DNA from: a virus
Taxonomy: Duplodnaviria > Heunggongvirae > Uroviricota > Caudoviricetes
Virus record (IMG/VR): IMGVR_UViG_2663763232_000018
DNA: 7,488 bases
Strand: one strand, 5' to 3'
In this document: positions 1-4,365 of the stretch, in pieces
Layout: each line of letters starts with the position of its first letter
Position numbering within the stretch: position 1 is the stretch's first letter
The notes under the pieces: model-generated
Told to the model about the DNA's origin: nothing
The model's input: the letters and a program-made list of their open reading frames with translations, nothing else
The model's database searches: none
Made by a program: the position numbers and the translations under genes

Positions 1-981
1 TCACACCATCAGCCCGCCGCCAAGAGGGTTTAACGTTACTGCGTGTTGCAGGTAATCAGGTGCAAGGTGAGCATAAACCATCGTCTGTTGTATGCTGGCG
101 TGCCCCAGAATTTGCTGTAACGCAATAATGTTCCCCCCGTTCATCATGAACCAGCTTGCGAACGTATGTCTAAGCACATGCGTGGCCTGCCCGCGTGGTA
201 AGTCAGGCTTAACCAGCCTGAGCCGTTCGCAGAAGTTTTCATAGTCAACTTTGAACAGTGGCCCGGTGTCGCTGGTCTTGATCTCTTTCTCCAGTTCTTC
301 CGATATCGGCACCGTGCGCTTTTTCCCATTTTTGGTCTTAAGGAACGTCACACGCCCGTGATTAACCTGCTCACCTCGCAGCGTGCTCCCTTCACCCCAG
401 CGTGCGCCAGTGCTGAGGCATAGCAGTGCTACACGTCGATCGTCGCCGGTCAGAGTATCCAGCAATTTGCTGATCTCTGATTTGGCGAGATAAGTCATAG
501 CTGGCGGCGCTTCTTTCAGTGGTTCCAGACCCTTACAGGGGTTTTCCTTTCTGAACTCTTCCAGCTTTATCAACGTGCTGAACATCCCGGACAAACGGTA
601 AATATCCCGGTTGATCGTTGCTGCGCTGATACCGTCTTCCAGCCGTTGGCTTCGGTGCTGTGCAATCATTCGCTTGTTCAGTCGGTTAACGGCTGGATCA
701 CCAAGCGCCCTGATTGTTTTATTCAGGTGCCGCTTTTCAATCTCGCCATTTTCCTGAGTCTGTCCATATAGCAGCCACCAGGTATCTAACAACTCGCTTA
801 AGGTGCGGCGGTCAACGCTCGCGCCCAGCCATTCTTTTTTGTCGGCGTTGGCTAATACATAACGCTCAAAAAGAACTGCCTCTTGTTTCTTCTCAAATCG
901 CCTGCGGATACGTTTTCCGTTACGTCCGCGCGGCCATACGTCCACTTCATATTGACCACCTTCGAGCTTCTTAATCGACAT
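1..981 (-). CDS. int: P2-family tyrosine integrase, 326 aa, complete (stop codon at window positions 1-3)
   Basis: ORF 1..981(-). Tyrosine-recombinase signature residues are visible in the translation: box-I Arg in TGARWGE, His-x-x-Arg in HVLRHT, and the C-terminal Tyr in MVYAHL. SD GGAGGG lies 7 nt upstream of the ATG at 979-981. Position next to a C-type repressor and divergent from cox matches the P2 layout. Confidence 0.9.
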   Translation of the reverse strand: MSIKKLEGGQYEVDVWPRGRNGKRIRRRFEKKQEAVLFERYVLANADKKEWLGASVDRRTLSELLDTWWLLYGQTQENGEIEKRHLNKTIRALGDPAVNRLNKRMIAQHRSQRLEDGISAATINRDIYRLSGMFSTLIKLEEFRKENPCKGLEPLKEAPPAMTYLAKSEISKLLDTLTGDDRRVALLCLSTGARWGEGSTLRGEQVNHGRVTFLKTKNGKKRTVPISEELEKEIKTSDTGPLFKVDYENFCERLRLVKPDLPRGQATHVLRHTFASWFMMNGGNIIALQQILGHASIQQTMVYAHLAPDYLQHAVTLNPLGGGLMV

Positions 982-1050
982 AAGAAAGCCCTCCGGCGTT
1001 TATTTCCCCATCCTGATAACAGATAGTGAAAATGTAATGTTTATAAACAG

Positions 1051-1371
1051 TTAACCAGTTTGTTTCTCGGAGCGGTCTGATCCAGTTGACTCTGGCCCAA
1101 TGTGTGCGAGGGCCGGTGCGATTTGACCAGCTTGAGGGGCGGTCTTATCAGTCATAAGCCAGAGCGTGTATTTTGCGAAACGTGAATGCTGAGTGATCTT
1201 AAGCAAGATATCGCTACCAATACTCTCCACTCTTCCTGTCTCGTAATACTTCTGCGTGCCAGCAGGTATTCCAGTTAATTCAAAGAATTGCTGCCTTGTT
1301 AACCCCTCCGCATCCCTGATAGCTCTGATTTTTTCACCCACGCCGCTTGACGGGGTAGGGATCTCTACCAT
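1051..1371 (-). CDS. C: Immunity repressor, P2 C-type (HTH, about 106 aa from ATG at 1371; alternative in-frame ATG at 1404 gives 117 aa)
   Basis: Translation has an XRE-like helix-turn-helix (LTRQQFFELTGIPAGTQKYYETG) and a C-terminal segment (KYTLWLMT...GQIAPALAH) that matches my recollection of P2 C. The ATG at 1369-1371 has a near-consensus SD AAGGAG 6 nt upstream on the minus strand. Stop TAA at 1051-1053. The track ORF 1051..1410 begins with a TTG. Confidence 0.75.
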   Translation of the reverse strand: MVEIPTPSSGVGEKIRAIRDAEGLTRQQFFELTGIPAGTQKYYETGRVESIGSDILLKITQHSRFAKYTLWLMTDKTAPQAGQIAPALAHIGPESTGSDRSEKQTG

Positions 1372-1376
1372 AACAT
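1347..1376 (+). promoter_or_regulatory. Candidate rightward early promoter (Pe-like): -35 TTGACG at 1347-1352, -10-like ATAACA/TAACAT at 1370-1376
   Basis: Hexamers read by eye with a 17-18 bp spacer. The -10 is weak and the assignment is tentative. The element would overlap the 5' end of the repressor gene, consistent with the face-to-face promoter arrangement known for P2 and 186 switches. Confidence 0.25.
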
Positions 1377-1404
1377 TCTCCTTAAGGGTGGTAATCTCTA
1401 CCAT
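1361..1404. promoter_or_regulatory. Two perfect 11-bp direct repeats ATCTCTACCAT (1361-1371 and 1394-1404), 33 bp start-to-start; candidate repressor operator half-sites
   Basis: The repeats are seen directly in the sequence. They lie in the divergent int-C / cox switch region and flank a candidate -10 for the rightward early promoter, as P2 C operators (direct repeats flanking the Pe -10) do. Each repeat ends in CCAT, giving an in-frame ATG for the repressor on the minus strand. Confidence 0.4.
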
Positions 1405-1471
1405 GAGCAACCGCCAATATAAGCAGTTACAAGCCGAAATAAGCGCCTAGCGCCGATGGGGATTATGACAC

Positions 1472-1753
1472 ATGACAGAGAAAGAGTTAGAGGGGTTCAT
1501 TGAAGTGCGTCACGCCGTTGACGCGGTTCCATACCCTAAATTTGCCGAGTTAATCGGTAAGAAGCCCGCCACGGTTAAGAGCATGATTGAAGACGGTAAG
1601 TTGCCGATCATCCCGTGGAAGAACCCGGAAAGCCTGGGCGCCCGCGCTGAGAACTGGATCTATATTCCTGAGTTCAACCGCGCAATGCGTGACGCCTATT
1701 ACAACCGTCCGAGAGAACAGCGCGACGCGTGGTTGTTGTGGATCGGTCTTTGA
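1472..1753 (+). CDS. cox: Cox-like excisionase / early transcriptional regulator, 93 aa
   Basis: ORF 1472..1753(+), first gene transcribed divergently from the repressor. Size matches P2 Cox (91 aa), and the C-terminal WLLWIGL and the YPKFAELIGK segment match my recollection of P2 Cox. Confidence 0.75.
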   Translation: MTEKELEGFIEVRHAVDAVPYPKFAELIGKKPATVKSMIEDGKLPIIPWKNPESLGARAENWIYIPEFNRAMRDAYYNRPREQRDAWLLWIGL

Positions 1754-1763
1754 GGTTATCGCG

Positions 1764-1967
1764 ATGAGCCAGAAAACAGCCAACCACGAAAACCGGGTGC
1801 GTGAATGTAACGACATTCTGGACACCCATTTAAAAGATATGCAAACGGGCTTCATGATTCGCACCAATAGCGGCGAGTTCATGATCAGGGATAAAAAGCT
1901 GATTAAGGAAATAACCAAAGACGTGGCCCGCCATGTTGATGGTGAATTGCTTAAGCTGGGAATGTGA
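1764..1967 (+). CDS. Hypothetical small protein, 67 aa (MSQKTANHENRV...)
   Basis: ATG at 1764 is 7 nt downstream of SD GAGGT, which overlaps the cox stop. The 126-aa track ORF 1587..1967 starts at a TTG inside cox in another frame and its N-terminal part looks like out-of-frame junk. Confidence 0.6.
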   Translation: MSQKTANHENRVRECNDILDTHLKDMQTGFMIRTNSGEFMIRDKKLIKEITKDVARHVDGELLKLGM

Positions 1968-1974
1968 GGGCGAT

Positions 1975-2217
1975 ATGTTCAATCCACTGAATAAAAGCTA
2001 CACGGCAGTTATCAACCCTTTTTCTGATAACAATACCTATGATGTGCCGACATATATAAAGCCGGGCACTAAAGTAACGGTTGCCATTGATTCGCGTGAG
2101 CAGGAAATATCTATTCTTGCTGCTTACGATTACGGCATTGAAGCACTGAACGAAGAAGGGCGCGAGCAATTAAACCGTTTAATTGCTGATCTTAAAGTGG
2201 CTATCACAGGAAGATGA
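1975..2217 (+). CDS. Hypothetical small protein, 80 aa (MFNPLNKSYTAV...)
   Basis: ATG at 1975 is preceded by SD GAGGG (1966-1970). An alternative in-frame ATG at 1933 lies inside the upstream gene and has no SD. Stop TGA at 2215-2217 overlaps the next start. Confidence 0.6.
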   Translation: MFNPLNKSYTAVINPFSDNNTYDVPTYIKPGTKVTVAIDSREQEISILAAYDYGIEALNEEGREQLNRLIADLKVAITGR

Positions 2218-2218
2218 T

Positions 2219-2422
2219 ATGAGCCAGTTAGTGCAATTAAGCCGCCACTCTTATTTATATCGTGGCTTCACGATTCAAAAGTGCCCGCGTAATCCATTTA
2301 CGTTTAAGCACTCTTATCGTATTTCCAGCAATGGCGATTATTACGGGCGTGACTTTGCTTTAGCGGAAGCCATGCGCACGGTTGATCAGATGTATAAGCA
2401 AGGGGGCAGTAATGCACGATGA
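2219..2422 (+). CDS. Hypothetical small protein, 67 aa (MSQLVQLSRHSYLYRGF...)
   Basis: ATG at 2219 follows SD AGGAAG. The upstream stop and this start overlap as TGATATG. The track ORF start at 2183 is a TTG. Confidence 0.6.
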   Translation: MSQLVQLSRHSYLYRGFTIQKCPRNPFTFKHSYRISSNGDYYGRDFALAEAMRTVDQMYKQGGSNAR

Positions 2423-2642
2423 AGGCCCATCACTGGCAAGCCTGCTTAAGCACGGGTGCCAGGTCACGCACTTCAAGAACTCACGCGGCTGGCTGGAAAC
2501 GCCGGACGGAAGATTTTTTAAACCCGAACCGGCGAAGGTTCAATTTATCAAAGGTAAAAATAAACCGTTTATTTATACCCAAAGAATAAATAAAGGCTTC
2601 CTGCTTACACTGGCTGAATTATTTAAAAAGCTAATTAAGTAA
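2412..2642 (+). CDS. Hypothetical small protein, 76 aa, basic and Lys-rich (MHDEGPSLASLLKHG...)
   Basis: ATG at 2412 is preceded by SD AAGGGGG (2398-2404). It overlaps the upstream gene by 11 nt (ATGCACGATGA). Coding sequence becomes AT-rich from about 2500. Confidence 0.55.
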   Translation: MHDEGPSLASLLKHGCQVTHFKNSRGWLETPDGRFFKPEPAKVQFIKGKNKPFIYTQRINKGFLLTLAELFKKLIK

Positions 2643-2729
2643 TTCGGTTTTAAAAAAATCAACTATGTTTTCTCCGCCTTTTTATTAAGTGGCGGCGGTT
2701 CAACTCATTCTTTTTTTGAGGAAGAGATT

Positions 2730-2942
2730 ATGACCAGACGTGATCAATATAGCTTCATTTTGCATGTTCTTTTACCTGCTATCGAAAATGAAGGCTTAAC
2801 CATTAAAACCCGCCGTGATGGTGAGTTAACCCTTTCTGCCACTGGATCAGTAACCACTAATTTTATCAGCAACCTGCGCCAGCACTGCATTGAAGAATTG
2901 CAGCGCCCTTCCATTCCTTCTTCTCCTTACGGTTATTTATAA
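2730..2942 (+). CDS. Hypothetical small protein, 70 aa (MTRRDQYSFILHVLL...)
   Basis: ATG at 2730 is preceded by SD GAGGAAGAG. It sits in the AT-rich segment after an 87-bp AT-rich intergenic gap. Confidence 0.55.
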   Translation: MTRRDQYSFILHVLLPAIENEGLTIKTRRDGELTLSATGSVTTNFISNLRQHCIEELQRPSIPSSPYGYL

Positions 2943-2957
2943 ATAGAGGTCTTTTAC

Positions 2958-3206
2958 ATGAGTAACGTAGCGAAACTTCAATTAGGTTTTTCACCGCTGA
3001 CTAAAAAAATCCAGTTGGCAAAGATGCGCGATGATGGGGAAGGGCGCCGCCTTCGCGTTGGTAGTGATCCTGGTCGTGATGTGACTAACGAAGCTGCGCA
3101 ATTAGTTTGGCAGTTGGTTATGTCTGAGGGAGGGGAAATCGGCTGGAACCTGTCGGACGGTAGCCGCATGGTTTTGAAAGCTGAGAAAGTGGGGCACGCA
3201 TCATGA
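2958..3206 (+). CDS. Hypothetical small protein, 82 aa (MSNVAKLQLGFSPLTKK...)
   Basis: ATG at 2958 follows SD-like AGAGG. Its stop overlaps the dam start as ATGA (3203-3206). Confidence 0.6.
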   Translation: MSNVAKLQLGFSPLTKKIQLAKMRDDGEGRRLRVGSDPGRDVTNEAAQLVWQLVMSEGGEIGWNLSDGSRMVLKAEKVGHAS

Positions 3207-4186
3207 GCAGCCCTATTATTCGCCCGTTCATCAAATGGGCAGGGGGTAAAACCCGTGTCCTTCCTGACCTGCTGCCGCACCTTCCTAAAGCCGACTGCCT
3301 GATCGAACCGTTCGTAGGCGGCGCATCGGTATTTCTGGCGACTGAGTACCGCCGCTATGTGCTGGCTGATATCAACCCGGATCTTATTAACCTTTATCGG
3401 GAAGTCACCCGTTACCCGGACTTAGTGATCGATGCGGCCCGCGAACTGTTCAACAGCAAGAACAGCCCGCAGGGGTACAACGAAGTCCGCGCCGCGTTCA
3501 ATAAGCAGGTATGTACGGTAAAAAGCGGTGGGTTGCGTTATGGCGTCGAAATGGCGCGCATCATGCGTGCTGCTCAATTCCTGTATCTGAACCGCCACGG
3601 TTATAACGGCTTATGCCGTTACAGCCGTAAGACCGGCTTTAACGTGCCGTTTGGCAAGTATAAGAGCGTCTACTTTCCTGAAAATGAAATCCGCCTGTTT
3701 GCCGAAAAGGCCAACGATACAAAGGCAATATTTCTTTGCGCGCCGTTCCAGCGTTCTCTACAGGTCGTCACGGGTGGCGATGTTCTCGTTTACTGCGATC
3801 CGCCTTACCTGCCTGAAAGCAAAACAGCCGATTTTACCCAATACCACACCGAACCATTCACGGAAGACAACCACCGCCAGTTAGTCCAGGCACTGCTGGA
3901 AGTTAACCGTAAGCATGGCGTGAAGGTTGTCATTTCCAACAGCGACACCGAAGCCACCCGCGCGATTTATCAGCCTTTCAAGATGCACGAAATCAGCGTG
4001 CAACGTTCCGTCAGCACTGACAAAGACAACCGCCAGAAGGCCAAAGAAGTGATCGGCGTGCTGCCTGTCTGCGACTGCTGCGGGCGTTACGGCGGCGGTT
4101 GCCCTGATTGTGGCGCCGTGATGGGTGATGCGACTTACAACGCGATGGTTGCGGCAGGCACGTTTGACGATCTGGAGGCGTTTTAA
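3203..4186 (+). CDS. dam: Dam-family N6-adenine DNA methyltransferase, 327 aa, orphan (no adjacent restriction enzyme), with Cys-rich C-terminal extension
   Basis: N-terminal KWAGGK (residues 11-16), SAM-binding-like EPFVGGASVF, and catalytic DPPY (codons 3797-3808) are seen in the translation and are hallmark motifs of Dam-type MTases. A Cys cluster CDCCGRYGGGCPDC (codons 4070-4111) lies in a C-terminal tail beyond the length of E. coli Dam. Confidence 0.85.
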   Translation: MSSPIIRPFIKWAGGKTRVLPDLLPHLPKADCLIEPFVGGASVFLATEYRRYVLADINPDLINLYREVTRYPDLVIDAARELFNSKNSPQGYNEVRAAFNKQVCTVKSGGLRYGVEMARIMRAAQFLYLNRHGYNGLCRYSRKTGFNVPFGKYKSVYFPENEIRLFAEKANDTKAIFLCAPFQRSLQVVTGGDVLVYCDPPYLPESKTADFTQYHTEPFTEDNHRQLVQALLEVNRKHGVKVVISNSDTEATRAIYQPFKMHEISVQRSVSTDKDNRQKAKEVIGVLPVCDCCGRYGGGCPDCGAVMGDATYNAMVAAGTFDDLEAF

Positions 4187-4365
4187 TGAATCTTGTAGAC
4201 GCCTGGATCGTTGAAATCATAAGCGTGAGTCGTGGCGAGATTGTGCCGTATTGGTTGGTTGAGGCGAAAGTAACAGCTTATGGAAGGGAGTCAATAACCA
4301 CAATTCTGAAGAAATCAGAAGAGGAAGCCAAAGCCGTTAAAGTAGGGGATGTAGTTCAAATATGA
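4186..4365 (+). CDS. Hypothetical small protein, 59 aa (MNLVDAWIVEIISVSRGEIVPYWLVEAKVTAYGRESITTILKKSEEEAKAVKVGDVVQI); not present in the supplied ORF track
   Basis: Hand-translated ORF exactly filling the dam-A gap. Its ATG overlaps the dam stop (TAATG at 4184-4188) and its stop overlaps the A start (ATGA at 4362-4365). It was probably omitted from the track for length. Confidence 0.5.
   Translation: MNLVDAWIVEIISVSRGEIVPYWLVEAKVTAYGRESITTILKKSEEEAKAVKVGDVVQI

Noticed and set aside
144-974. Small ORFs inside or antisense to the integrase gene (144..329 minus, 714..974 plus)
   Set aside because: They are embedded in the integrase coding region, have no independent signals, and their composition is consistent with alternative-frame artefacts.
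1443-1453. Short hairpin GCGC-CTA-GCGC between the repressor start and cox
   Set aside because: A 4-bp stem is too short to call a structural or regulatory element. It could be part of a Cox or repressor binding region, but there is no supporting evidence in the sequence.
1256-1918. ORFs antisense to the repressor and to cox (1256..1450 plus, 1550..1918 minus)
   Set aside because: They overlap well-supported genes on the opposite strand and have no SD or recognisable features. The first also spans the operator region, where a protein-coding gene is unlikely.
1587-1967. 126-aa track ORF overlapping cox
   Set aside because: It starts at a TTG inside cox in another frame and the N-terminal 59 residues look like junk. 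The supported gene is the 67-aa ORF from the ATG at 1764, which has an SD.
1933-2382. Longer N-terminal extensions given by the track for the small ORFs (starts at 1933, 2183, 2382) and for the post-A gene (6709)
   Set aside because: Three of these begin at TTG or GTG codons, and all lack an SD. 1933 is an ATG but lies inside the upstream gene with no SD. Downstream ATGs at 1975, 2219, 2412 and 6772 each have a good SD at proper spacing.
2672-2698. Inverted repeat CCGCC/GGCGG as a rho-independent terminator
   Set aside because: The loop is about 12 nt, the stem only 5 bp, and the T-run starts more than 10 nt after the stem, so it does not fit a canonical intrinsic terminator. It is kept only as a possible regulatory structure in the findings.
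1951-4220. Other embedded or antisense track ORFs (1951..2169 minus, 2978..3280 minus, 3651..3884 plus, 4011..4220 minus) and 7114..7347 minus
   Set aside because: Each is contained within or antisense to a better-supported gene (the small-ORF operon, dam, or the post-A gene) and has no ribosome-binding site.
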